From NCBI GenBank assembly GCA_048128005.1, contig JBEUKZ010000097.1, positions 1 through 64,000 on the forward strand: a stretch of DNA of 64,000 nucleotides. Reading direction: 5' to 3'. Shown here one piece after another: positions 49,722 to 62,931 of the stretch. The stretch's first letter is position 1. Every line of letters begins with the position of its first letter. The position numbers and the translations under genes were made by a program. This stretch comes from Veleropilina oligotropha. Taxonomy: Eukaryota. A model generated the notes under the pieces. That model did not search any database, was not told where the DNA came from, and saw only the letters and a program-made list of their open reading frames with translations.

Positions 49722-52171
49722 TAAATCTAAAAAAAACAGGCATATTTCAGCAGTTTTCGGACAGACGTCCATGAAACGTATGCGGTTACATTTTACCAGA
49801 TACCTGCCTGACTTGTTGTATCTTGGTAATATTTCAATAAAATTTAATATTAATAAAAGTAAAACAAATATAAAGGAATCAAGGAACATGCAGCCTCAGA
49901 AATTGATATATGTATTTAAATTAACTTTCATGTTTAAATACGGCGCCCCGGGATGTGTGCTACTCCGGTTAAGAAAGACATCGCGATGACGTTACATGCC
50001 GCTCTCAACCGATTTACAAACTTTCCGAAACTCTGGAGTTCTGGGCCCAAGATTATAAAGAAACTATGATACTCAGCTGAGACTCTGCTCAAGCCCCTGA
50101 GTACCTACTCTCGTGAGTTTGAGAAAAAAAATGAGATTATAAATGCCACCGAGCGTGTGCTTCGCTGAGTATGTGTATACGTTCGACGAGTTACGCGAAT
50201 CTTTGACGCAAACGACATTTATGTAATTCTTTATTGTTTTGGCCCATTGAGGTTACGATTGTTATGGCGTTCCTGTCGTCTGTTGTTGTCAATTTCATAA
50301 ACAAAATATCTTGCATGAATCTGGTGGAAACTTTGAAAGAAGTGAAATAAAAATTGTGGGTTGAGGATGTCCTTAAAAGATAATGAATGTCACACAAGGA
50401 ATAATTGTAAATCTCAGAATGTAAGATGAAAATGCACATCGGACGTTATTTCTGTGCATTATTATTGTAATTCTATTTTTTGTCATTTAATATCGTAGAT
50501 AATATAGAATACTACACTGGGTGTCGATAGATAATTAAGTATTTTGTAATGACCACTATCATTTATATTTATATAGAGAGGTTTCAAAACAACAACACGT
50601 AGGCCTACTCGATTGATAGCGCCAAATTTGCATATGACATTTTCATCGTTACGCTTCAGCGTAGATTGTTTTGTCGGGATCGCTAGCTTTGCGATCATGA
50701 TGTAGGTTGATCACACAGCAATATTTCGGTGGCGTAAAATGGAAATGAAGACATTCCATCGACTATACACTGTGTACATGAAATGTGGAGTTGTCGTTAC
50801 ATTTATCGAGGTTGGAGCTACTGAAATATCGACGCTATCGAACTGATGATATTGCAAAGTTGACGATATGTATAGCATGTATAGTGAAAATGCTGCTGCA
50901 GTTATTGATGCTCTGTGTGGTTTTATGTCCGAAAATCTGCATAATTTTTATGAATGGGACCTTCGCGAAGACTTTCATCGATTTTATCCCGAGCGCTTTG
51001 TGACACGTTTACCAGTGATGCCTACTCCAAACGTCATTCATTTCATTGTGCCAGCATGTTTGTTTTGACCAACTGGTTGACGTTTGAACCAGGGGTGGTT
51101 TTGAGCAGGCGTGGCTTTCGAATGTCTTTCCGATTAAAACTGGCCTCACGGTGGCATAAAGCTTATAAATTGATACCGGACATCTTGTCGATCGTTTCCC
51201 AAGCACGAGGACGAACAACACGGACATTCCGGATATCACAGCCGGTGCGTGTGTTAGTTATATTCGAGGAACTTTATTATATATAAATACTAGTTCATTG
51301 TGGCTACATTTACATATATGAATATTCATATGTTACGATTGTTTATAGTCATTTTCATGATGGTTTCATTGATTTATAACATCGCGTTCAGGTTCAGATT
51401 GTTTGATAGTACATGTAATGGTCTAAAACGGTATTTTTATTTGCCTTATAATTTTTGCAATGATAAACGATTATATGTCTTTTCTTATAAATCAATTTGA
51501 ATAATTGATCAGTTTTCTATTAGCAACATTTGATAGTTTTCTAGCGATGTACGCGACGCATAGGCGCGATCGATGTCAGTTTCGTTATTGTTAGCCCATT
51601 CAGTCGACACGAGATAACATGGCGGCATCCATAATAAGACGATTATTTCGATAGTGATCTTGGAAGTCTATAAAACGGTACGCAGTGCTTTTACTTTATT
51701 ATAGTTGGTATCATTTGATCTTTAAGATATCAACATGTAATATACTTAGTTTGTAGGCCTATTTATATGCTACAATTACCACCTGAGCGCTTATGCTTCT
51801 GTTGACATGTACGGATGTCGTCCTTTGTTTGCAACTATTTATAAAGCGAATGTGTTATTATAGGGACACCCGTGGTAAATAAAATCGTACTAAATCCACA
51901 ATCAACACGATGGTGATGTGTCGTGATGAAAACAGTCACCACAAGGAAGATATATTACTATAATTAATCACTCACCCATACGCTAAAATAGAGTTAGAAC
52001 TCATTTCTTACCACACACGTATCGACTATGCTCGCTGTGGTTATGGCTGATATCGGAAGTGCAATGAATGAGTTATGTCATAAAACTATTTTGAGGACTT
52101 CCTGTCGGGGTTATATGAAACTGTTGGATTGTTAAAAAATTCGGGTTGCGGAAAATAATGCTATACAACAC

Positions 52172-52499
52172 AATAATAATAATAATAATAATACTCCGGT
52201 CTTATATAGCGCATTATTACGCTAGTGTCTCAATGCGCTGAACATTATTATCCCTGGTTATAGGCCTTTTTCCATTTGATATGCCATCTCAACTCCCTCT
52301 GGGAGCATTACAGTCATTTACACGCGGGTATAGCGCCGTGACTTACATAACTGCCAACCAGGTACCCATTCAGATCGGCTGGGTGGACCGAGGCAAATAT
52401 ATGCTTATTTCCTTGCCCAAGTGAAATCGTCGAGCCTTGGGGGCGAACTCGAGACTCTGTGACCAGAGTCCTGTGAACAACCCACTGAGCCACGACGGC
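52172..52499 (-). mobile_element. tRNA-derived SINE with Nin/Deu-like core and L2-like tail
   Basis: Head GCCGTCGTGGCTCAGTGG, core CTTGGGCAAG...CACCCAG...AATGGGTACC, tail GCGCATTGAG...GCGCTATATAAG...(TAT)n. Confidence 0.8.
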
Positions 52500-53139
52500 T
52501 TAAATTACGAAAATGTTCGCACTAATACGCAATCCGCATTTTTGATGATACAAATTTTTTAATTATAACCAAATGAATGAGATGGATCCTTTGACGGCGA
52601 AAAAACCAATTCAAAACGATCTATTATTAGTATTAAAATATTTGACCTTCTAAAAAATTGGTAAAAAAATATATCTGTTGTACAAAATCAAAGTAATATG
52701 AAGGAAACAATATAATATACTGTGACCTCACGATAATAAATATAAAGTAGTAATATAAACTTACAAAATAAATTCACCCGCTCAAAATCTTGTCCGATCG
52801 GAAAAGATATTAAATGTCCACTGCCGTAAAATAGGTTTGACATCGTTTTATAGAGATTTGGCTGTACGAGAAATTCTACTTCCGCGATGTTCCTAAGTTT
52901 AATTTTATTCTAGAAGAATGTGCGAGACTGTAATAGCCTCGTTATGGAAAAACACCGGACTGAAATCATTTCACAGGTGAGCGTCGGCATGTAAAGGTGT
53001 CCCTATAGTTATTATTTCGTTTCGATATGCTTAATTTGAAAAGTATATTGTCTGTTTTTATGCTAAGTTCATGCGAGTATCGATTAAACGTAAAGCCTGT
53101 AATAATTGCGATAATAATAGGATAGTTATTTATACGAAT

Positions 53140-54293
53140 AATATGTTGTAGGTAGCACCTAGATACGAACGCAGAACAGAGATTATACATAATTTTTTTT
53201 ATGAAATCCGTACCCTGCGATGTTTTCTTTATTTTGAAACACGTCTTTTATTCATAACGTCTAGTGTAAGCCGACACCCATTCCGCGACGTCACACATTG
53301 TTGCTACGCACATTCTCTGACGTCACTTGTTAAAAACTTCACCTATTCCGCGACGTCGACCATTGTTGCTTAGCTACGCATTTTCGCCGACGTCACAATT
53401 TTTCAAAACATCACGCCATTCTTGTAGCAAAAGAGATATGCATAGATGAGAGTATTGGGTTTATATCAATTTGTCGCGTTATTAGTGTTATTGTACTTGG
53501 ATAATTTGAAGTTTAAAATCGGCCGTTGTCCCGTAATTGCGTTGTTTTGCATATCTCGATGGTGCGAGATTTTGGTACTCCAATAAAACAAGATCAACGA
53601 GATCGAGTGGTGAACACAAAACATTCTAAACATGGCTGACTGGAGTTTGCGCAGTGGTCAATTCGTGACCATCCGGTTCAAGTTGCAAGGTATGCACAGG
53701 TATGTGCAGATATTGTGGTCATGTCCCTAATCTATAGGACGATCTTCGTTCGTTAATATGTTGTAGGTAGCACCTAGATACGAACGCAGAATACTCGATA
53801 GAGATTATGCACAAATACAAATTATGTAATCCGTACCCTGCGATGTCTTCTTATTTTTTAAACGCGTCTTTTATTCATAACGTCTAGTGTAAGCCGACAC
53901 ATATTCCGCGACGTCACCCATTGTTGCTTAGCTACGCATGTTCTCTGACGTCACAATTTTTGTAGCAGAAGATATATGCATAGACTGGAGTAATGGGTTT
54001 ATATCAATTTGTTGCGTTATTAATGTTATTGTACTTGGATAATTTGAAGTTTATAATCGGTCGTTGTCCCGAAATTACGTTGTTTTGCATATCTCGATGG
54101 TGCGAGATTTTGGTACTCCAATAAAAGAAGATCAAGGAGATCGAGTGATGAACACAAAACCTTCGAAAAATGGCTGACTGGAGCTTGCGCAGTGGTCAAT
54201 TCGTGGCCATCCGGTTCAAGTTGCAATGTATGCACAGGTATGTGTAGATATTGTGGTCATGTCCCTAATCTATAGGACGATCTTCGTTCGTTA
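53140..54293. repeat. Tandem direct duplication (~615 bp + ~540 bp)
   Basis: ATATGTTGTAGGTAGCACCTAGATACGAACGCAGAA at 53140 and 53756; both units end GGACGATCTTCGTTCGTTA. Confidence 0.9.
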
Positions 54294-55298
54294 TTATTGA
54301 TTGTATATTTTCAGTCAATCACACAAAATCACGTCCTGTATATCGAAGTGAAAAGGAATGATTAAACAGGAGTGAAACGAACCGGTGTGCATTGCGTTTT
54401 CTTCCAATTGTTACATTACAAGTTGTAACATTCATCAATGAAAAAAGTAGTCCCGTGACCTGACATCAGCAGACCGCTATTGTCCAATCAAAGTTAATGG
54501 TTGGAGGTCAATCGCCTATCCAACACGTTACACCCGTAAGATACGAGATTTTTATGACATAGCTGTATCTGCAGCACCCGAGTAATAAAACTCATTTCAT
54601 TTGATTACATTCTGATGCAAAATTGCAGTTAATTTTACGACAACTTGCAATACCTTTAATTGACCAAAAATGTAACGTTACTTTGCTCGAGTAAGGCTGA
54701 TGTCCCCTTGTCGATTTAACGTAGGCCTATATCGTAAAATAATTACAATATAACGCATTGTGAAAGCTCGCAACGTTGCTCAGCATATAGGTCTACTGAG
54801 CAGCTAATGGTGATGTAACGGCTAAATGCTTTGCAACTTTTGTCATGACATATATACGAGTGTTTGGTTACTTTCGTAAAAATGATACTATTTCAGTGTG
54901 GACGGAGATTGCCTTGCCTAAAATTATTGTATTTACCTTATAGGCTTATTATTTAAACTTACGCTGCGCTAAATGTTCGCATCGCTTCCCTCAATAATAG
55001 TTATCTCTAAATAATTAAAAGGCATTAAGAATTAAAATCATGAATTGCTATTTAAATTTCAATTATTTATATTTAAAATACAATTATTAATATTTATGAC
55101 TATTTAACAAATATTTATGATTCGTTTAATTTTAATAAATGATCGTTTTCCTATGAACAAATATTTCTTATTATTAATAAGTTGATCTTCAACATATACG
55201 ATTTAAAGGGGCACTGTATACCTTGAGATCAAGGAAAATCACTGCAGTTAGGTTTTCTCGAACGAGGCTGGACCTATTTATAGAAACCTTCCTCGAGC

Positions 55299-57536
55299 AT
55301 TATTATTATTATTATTTAATACATTTATAATGCGCCTATTCTAGTGTAGCTCTAAGCGCAGTACAAACTATAACTAATATTACTGTACAATGTCAGGCCC
55401 GTAGCCAGGAATTTTCAGAGGGGGGTGCGTAATATCAATATGTGGACCGGTTCACGGCCGAAGGCCGTGATCATTGAGGGCCCGTAGGGGGCATGGTCCC
55501 CCGGATCATTGAGGGCCCGTAGGGGGCATGGTCCCCCGGAATTTTTTTTTCCCAGAAGGTCTTAGATGCGTTCTCCTGCACTCTGGGTAATATATTGACC
55601 ATTTTATTTACTCCAAATTTGAGTGTTTTGGGAGGCAAAATATAATCTCTAAAATTATATACTCGAGGACTTTAAAAACGCTCCACCTCGAGGACTTTAA
55701 AAACGCTCCACCTCGAGGACTTTAAAAACGCTCCACCGTAATACGCGAGTGCATCAGACACAATGGTGGACATATGCGTTATTGAAAGTCACTCCAAAAG
55801 CATACCCCAATCGTGTTTGGAACCTTATATCCCGGCAAATGGTAGTTACATCGAACAAATTACTGTGTATTATTGTTAATAAATGATTGAAATTTATATC
55901 TGCTATGAAATATGTAGACAAAATCAAATAACAAAGGTATGGTTTACATTTCATTACAGTGGAATGTTTTTAAAGTCCTCGAGTATATATTCAATATTGT
56001 CAACGTAATAAACGCTCGCTGCGGCGGAGTGGTTAGCTCGTCGGGACGTCCACAAACTAGAATAAGATATTACATGTGTGTGTGTGTATTATAATACTGT
56101 ATATATAGGAAAGTGGACCTTTCGGGGCCATGGGGGGGGGGGTGCGTACGCACCCGTCGCACCCCCCTTGGCTACGGGCCTGAATGTACACAAGAATATA
56201 CAGGAGACACATCAATGATACATACTATGAATGCAATAAGCAATAATAATAATAAACAGAATATTTTTTTGTTGAGTTTTTTCAATTTTTTTTTTTTTAC
56301 AAGCGCAATCAGACAAAGAGGTGAAGCAGCCCCTGCGTGAACTTCAACCAACTTTGAATGGTACATATGATGAATGCTATAAGCAATAACAATGAACAGA
56401 TGTGAAGCAGTCATTACTGTCCTCCACTACTACGATGTCAGCTGAATTGTTAGTGAGATTTGATCAGGTTGTCATATACATCAGCAAATAGGTGTGTTTT
56501 CAACGTCTTCCGAAAACTTGTCTGAGATGTGCTTTCCTTTACTTTAGATGGGAGTTTGTTCCAGAGTTTTGGGGCATTGTTGATAAATGCTCTATCGCCA
56601 TATTTATTCATTGTTCTATTATCTGTCAACTGTTGTAATTGCTGCGACCTAAGTGCTCTAATAGGTCGATATTGAGCCAGAAGTTCAATAATATATCCAG
56701 GCGCTTTTCCTTGAAGAGAATTGTAAACGAATGTAAGAATTTTGAAGATAATCCGTTTCTCAACAGGGAGCCAGTGTAGGCTATATAGCAGCGGGGTTGC
56801 ATGGTCCCTTGGCTGGGCAAGTAAAATCAGCCTGGCTGCGGCATTCTGAACTTGCTGCAATCTGTTAATGAGGCTTGCGTTTATTCCGAAAAGTAAACTG
56901 TTGGAATAATCAACGCGAGATATGACATATGCATGCACAAGAAGCTTCGTTGCATCTGGTGTTAGAAAACGACGGATGCGTCTGATGTTTCTTAAAAAGA
57001 ATAATGAGCATTTAACTTTATCAGTGACGAATTTTTCCATCGACATAGTGTTGTCGAAGTAAGCACCCAAATTTCTTACAAATTCGCTGGAGTTTATTTC
57101 AGTTTCACCAACTTGTAGGTTTACATCTCGGACCTTTGTGATGTTACTTCTTGAGCCAAATATAATAAACTCAGTTTTATCATCATTGAGTTTCAGCATG
57201 TTTGTGCACATCCAGTGTTTGATCTCTGAAACACAGCTCTCCAATATGTCTAGGCTTGCCTTGAAGGAGCTTTTGGGATCAAATGCAACATATATTTGAC
57301 TGTCATCTGCGTAGAAATGATAGGACAGGTTATATTTGGAGGCAATCTCTGCTACGGGTGTGACATACATCGAAAACAGAATCGGACCTAAGACGGAACC
57401 TTGTGGCACACCGTACTAAGGGAGAGAGGCAGGGTCACATTTCATGCCGTTTATGACGACGGTTTGTTTTCGCTCATGTAGATATGACTTGATCCATGTA
57501 AGCGCTGATTGCTTGATTCCAAAGTAGGCGTTCAGG
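55299..57536 (-). mobile_element. L2-clade LINE, 5'-truncated, with open RT C-terminal ORF (56450-57409)
   Basis: PQGSVLGPILFSMY, HFYADDSQIY, LKLNDDKTEF, SRVDYSNSLL, LQQVQNAAARL, LHWLPV, FRKTLKTHLF. (TAA)n tail at 55299. Confidence 0.95.
55394..56182. mobile_element. hAT-like MITE with 5-bp TSD
   Basis: AATGT|CAGGCCCGTAGCCA ... TGGCTACGGGCCTG|AATGT, inserted in the L2 3' UTR. Confidence 0.85.
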
Positions 57537-59759
57537 CATGCGATGACCTGGCGACTGCGTACGTCAAGAAACATGGTCAAGTCAACTTAAAAAAGCATAA
57601 AATCATTAACTGTTAAATTTTAAATTAATATAACCAATGTCATTGAGTTAGGCATATATATTGTAATTTATATGGAATTATTGCTGAATTTTCATGCCCC
57701 AATCGAAGCTAGGCATTGAGACGATGTTAGCCACAGTGCGCTTCCACCCGGCGCGGACAGAGCACTTTGCATATTTCAGCGTCGGTGATATCATGATTGT
57801 GTAGGTCATTATTGATGATGTCTATGGGCCGGGTACCTTACGAGTGGCCCCCGGCCGTGTATGACATGGTCGAAGTCTCGGCCGTGGGCAGCGCTTGGGC
57901 AGAGCCCGTTTTCGTAGTATAATCGGAGGTACTCCATGAAATTTGGCCACAATATTCAAAATAGTTTATTATAATCGAAAATACTTGTTCCCACATCTTT
58001 GTTTTGCTAAAACGGAAATTAATTATCGATATTGTAGTTGTATATAGGTCACGATTTAGTTTGGTTTTATCCAATGACCGTGTCGGACTCATAACCTTTA
58101 TAAATATAGTCCAATCAGCATATCCGTACTGTAATGATCCAAAATGGCGTATTTTGTTTGTAAACAAATCCACGTGTTGGAGTAAAACCCTTCTGTACAT
58201 CTTTGCATGTATCATACGTAAACATGATTACTCTGATTTTTTAAAGCATAGTGACCAAGTTTATCCAATGTGTGAATGAATGGAAGATTTTGTACGGAAA
58301 ACAAAATGATATTTCAAGGTAATTTCTGCGTAATGATGCAAATGCATGCAAATGCATGCAGACTCTGCTCAATGATTCATTGATTGTCAATACAGGATAC
58401 AAAGAGCAGGTTTGAATCGTCGGCGGGTCACTATTTATTCATTTCGGCGAAGGCAGGTTTTCCCAGACTATAATATGTGCATTGTGCATGTCATGATATG
58501 AACTTGAATTTTTGTAAAAGTGGACAATAAACATCTATCCAAACCAAACCGATTCCTCGACTCGATTATTTGTGCGGTTAACAGGTACAGATGTCCATAA
58601 CCACAGTCCCCCGACGATATGTCACAAAATAGAATATGGAAGTCGCCAGGCAAATGCCACACATATTGATTGCTATATAACATAGAGCAATCAATATGTA
58701 CGGCATCTACCTGGCGATTTAGATATGATTTATTTTGTGACTTGACCAGTGAGGACAGGTTTACCTGAGCGACTGTGCTTTCCTCGTAATAATATGTCCT
58801 GGTGTGAAGTTTAACATTGTTAAAAGTCGGACACTAAGAATATATCCATTCCAAACAATCCTCTGCTCGACACTTGGTGGAGTCAACAGTAACATTTGTC
58901 CATAACTGATCAGCGAACGCTGGATTTCTCAGGCGACCAGGCTTTTCTCTGGCCGCAATATGGACATGACCTGGTATGAACCTGAATGGTGTTAAATGGG
59001 ATATTTAGCATTATTACAAATAAATTCAAATCTAATTAATTAATCTCTCAACATTGATCTACCTCATTTTGAATGAAAAATTATGAATACGTTTATTTTG
59101 TTGATGTGATCCTTAAACGGGCAATGTATACCTGGACGTCAAGGAAAATCACTGCAGTTAGATTTCATCGAACGAGGCTTTGACTATTTATAGAGGACTT
59201 TCTCTAGCGTGCGATAGACCCGCGACTTGCAGTACCAAGAAACATGGACAAATCAACTTCGAAAAGATTAAAACCTTAAATGGGCACTTTTAAATTAATA
59301 GTAACAATTGTCATCGAGTTTTGCCTATATTGTAATTTACATGGTTTATTACTGAATTTTCATGCCACGATCGAAGTTATCGAGACGATGTTGGCCACGG
59401 TGCATTTCCACCCGGCGCGGTCAGGGGATTTGGCAAACTTCCGCATGGGTAATGCCATGATTGTGGAGGTCTTTATTGATGATGTCTATGTACAGGGCAG
59501 CCCGCGAGTACGAGTACGGAAATTACATTAAGTAGGCTAAATGGTGTGGTTAGCCAGAAGTCTCGATGAACTCATCTACATGGGCTCGTGAAAATTTTGC
59601 TGTAAAATCAGTTGACTTTGTTGCACAATGCGGAAAGATGTTTTTACTTCATGAGAGATTCCTCTCTAGACCATAATTCGACACCTCGGGGCAACAAACC
59701 TATATCTGTAATGTTAAAGTATTGGAGATACAGGTTTGTTTCCCTAAGACGTCGAATTG

Positions 59760-59990
59760 ACGCATCCCTTATCTATTACTCGCAAATAACGCAAACGTCG
59801 TCGAAACAGTATCCACGATGCCGATATGTGCCACATCGATAGCAAACCGTGAGCCATCTGTGAAAAGAACATGTCTCCACTGCCTCATATCATTGAATAT
59901 CTTCTGGGTGCATTTGCCGCCAACCAAGTCCCACGACGCGCGCAACGTTGAGGAGTGAGGCAATGATCGACATAAGGACGACATGCCCTC
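59760..59990 (-). pseudogene. Decayed Tc1-like transposase fragment
   Basis: RQWRHVLFTDGSRF motif only. Confidence 0.45.
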
Positions 59991-60309
59991 AAATAGTATT
60001 CTAACCGAGTTTCATTATTTACCGGTAGTCGGCTATAAATTATTTTTGTTAACCTGCGTTTTTTTTATATCTTTAGTATATTTTATTCCTTTTTATTCTT
60101 GGATCTCATTAAAAAAAAATTCCATTATAATGTTAAACCACACTTTAAACTACCCCCCTTGCAGGTCTACTTAACCTGCCATTTGGAACTAGGTTTAGAC
60201 TGGGTTTAAGCTAAACTGCTTTCGATCATACGACACCTGACCTACCATTCGATTTAGACCCAGTTTGGACTGAATCCTGGGTTAAACCTGCTTCGATCAT
60301 ACGGTCCAT

Positions 60310-61500
60310 ATTGTTTTACACTCCGTTCTCCTTCTCCTCCTTCCTCACTTTTCTTGTCCGGGCTAAATCTCAGGTCCTATACATGCCAGCATTATTTCCT
60401 TTGGTAAGTTCAGGCATCCAAGCATGCCATTGTCCTTTTTGGAAAAATATTGCGACAACGGCCTTCGACCTTGACCTAATGACCTTTAAATTGACCCCGA
60501 AATCGTGTCCGGCCTGGTTCTCTGAGATTTCAAATCTTATCCTTCTAATTTCTTTGTAGATGCATGGCCCACACTTCAAGCATGTGCAGGGTGCAAATGT
60601 TTTGCACTTTTGACCTTTGACCTTGGCACTGTGACTTTAGATATTTGGGCATTTTTATATTTTGTATTCTTAATTTGTTTTCATCAATTTGTTTCCTGAG
60701 GGTTAGTACATTATATAACAATGTTCAATTTTTTTGTTCCGTCAAAGGTCAAGGTCGTAAAGGTCCAAATGTACTTTCCTGCCAAGCAGCTTGTCCGGAT
60801 TAGATCTCTGGTTCTGTACACGCCAGCATGATTTCCTGTGGTGTGCTAACCCCCCTTAACGTGCCATTGTGCAACGCGGCGTAATTTTCCGAAAATGACC
60901 TTCGACCTTTCCGTATTGACCTTTGACCCCTATATCGTGTCCGGCCTTGTTCTCTGAGAGTTCAAATCTTATCCTTCTAATTTCTTTGTAGGTGAATGAC
61001 CCACACAAATTTCTGGATCTAACTGACCTAACTGTTAAATCCATGGGGACTAGCAACAGGTGAACCTCGGTCAGTCCAGGCTCACGCGGCGGTCCGGTGT
61101 ATATACATTTGTAAAGCCAATACAACTACGTACTCATCACGTGTATCTTATCGCAAGATGCATTTGCCTATTTGGGGTCGTATAAAGGAAAAGAACCCAA
61201 TTTTGCACTTTTAACCTTTGACCTTGGCGCTAACATTGATGACAAATTTCCATATTTAGGATTTTCTATATTTTATTGTTTTCTTATTTTTTTCCACCAC
61301 ATTTTTCCATAAGGGTGAGTTCATTGTATAACAATGTTCAATTTTGTTGTTCGGTCAAAGTTCAAGGTCACAGAGGTAAGAATGTACTTAAAAGAAGTCT
61401 GGCCTATATCTCAGATCCTATACATACCAGCATGATTTCCTTTCATATAATATTCACCCCTTACATGACATTGTGCAAGGCGGTGATTTTCAACAGGTTG
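60310..61500. repeat. Diverged tandem units rich in GACCTTTGACCTT (HINE-like body)
   Basis: TTCAAATCTTATCCTTCTAATTTCTTTGTAG at ~60529 and ~60961; recurring TGACCTT/AAGGTCA motifs. Confidence 0.55.
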
Positions 61501-62782
61501 TGACTTTTGGAACTTCATGAGGGTCTGAGTGCGGAATGATTTCTCTCTCAAACGGGGAGACATATGTCCCGGGGGCCCAGACCACGTTTTATAGGGGAGG
61601 TAGACACTGTCTGCTCTAAAATGATGTTGGCAATTTTCCATTAATATGGACCCCGTGGAACACATCTAGGGTGGACAGCCTTCTGGAAATCCACAGGGAC
61701 TCTATTTTAAGTGATTTATGATCTTGCCCCATCACTGTAATTTCACCGAAAAATGATAGGTTGTGTCTTATTAGTACAGCAAAATGTTGAAACAATTGTG
61801 GGTTTTATGGTAAAAGCACCTAATTTGGCAGAAATGTAAGTCAGGAGTAGTAGACAAAAAGTGGATATGGGCCGCCGTCTGAAAATCCAATATGGCCCCT
61901 AAAAATCCAAGATGGACGCCCAAACCATCAAAAATGGTATAATTAACTATATTTGCAATAATGCACAGTTATTAATTTTTTCCTCATAAAATAAGATTCA
62001 GTCTACACTACCAACTCTGTAAGGTTTATCCAAACAAAAAATCCAACATGGCTGCCAGAAAATAAAAATGATTTCCCACAATTCATGAAAATGGTGTATT
62101 TGCACCATATTACTATTACATATACGGTATTTAACTATATTTGCTAACAATAATGTGCTGTTATTTACGTTTTTTCTCATAAAATAGGCTTAGCTAGTGT
62201 ACACTACTAACTCGGCAAGCTTTTTTATCAAAACAAAAATTCCAACATGGCTGCCGGAAATCAAAATGGCTGCCAAAATATATGAAAATGGTGCATTTCA
62301 CCAGATTTCTTCGCAATAATGTAGATTTATTTAGACTAAAAAATGAGATATTTATCAGAAACGTTTTTGTTTTGCCAGATACGATCACAAACCAAGTTTC
62401 AAATTCAGTCGGAATTAAAGGCCGGAGCATTGGAAACAAATCAGGCGTATCCATTTACAGGTTATATGCTATCTCCAACCAACAACACTTTAAACGCATT
62501 GCAGAAGTTTATAATTACTGCTCTTTCTGCAATATTATCTCTTAAGTCTGATGAATGCAAATGCACATTACCCCACATTTTAAGGGAGTAATGCACCCCT
62601 TAATACACCACCCCCAATTAGTGTCGCCCGTTCGGAAAATGATAAACGCTATCATATTATAATGACAATCAGACACATCTACCCCCTTTCGCATTTTGAG
62701 ACTGCTAAAATAATTTCTTTTGACAATCGTGGTCAATATATCTAACGTACAGCTTCCTATTAGTGCATCATATAATATAAAG

Positions 62783-62931
62783 TTATTATACATTATTGTG
62801 TACAGTATGTGGATTTATTGTAAGAGTTCAGGTTGTGGTGAAAAGTGATATTGGACGAGACGCAATATCACTTTTCACCACAACCTGAACGAGTACAATA
62901 AACACATGCTGTACACAATAATGTATAATGA
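62783..62931. repeat. ~150-bp imperfect palindrome
   Basis: ...GTTCAGGTTGTGGTGAAAAGTGATATTG-loop-CAATATCACTTTTCACCACAACCTGAAC... Confidence 0.9.

Larger units (their letters stand above)
55203..59490 (+). mobile_element. Kolobok-like composite repeat (TTAAAGGGG start) split by an L2 insertion
   Basis: TTAAAGGGGCACTGTATAC at 55203 and a related TTAAACGGGCAATGTATAC at 59113. Inverted paralog of 19570-21466. Confidence 0.65.
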
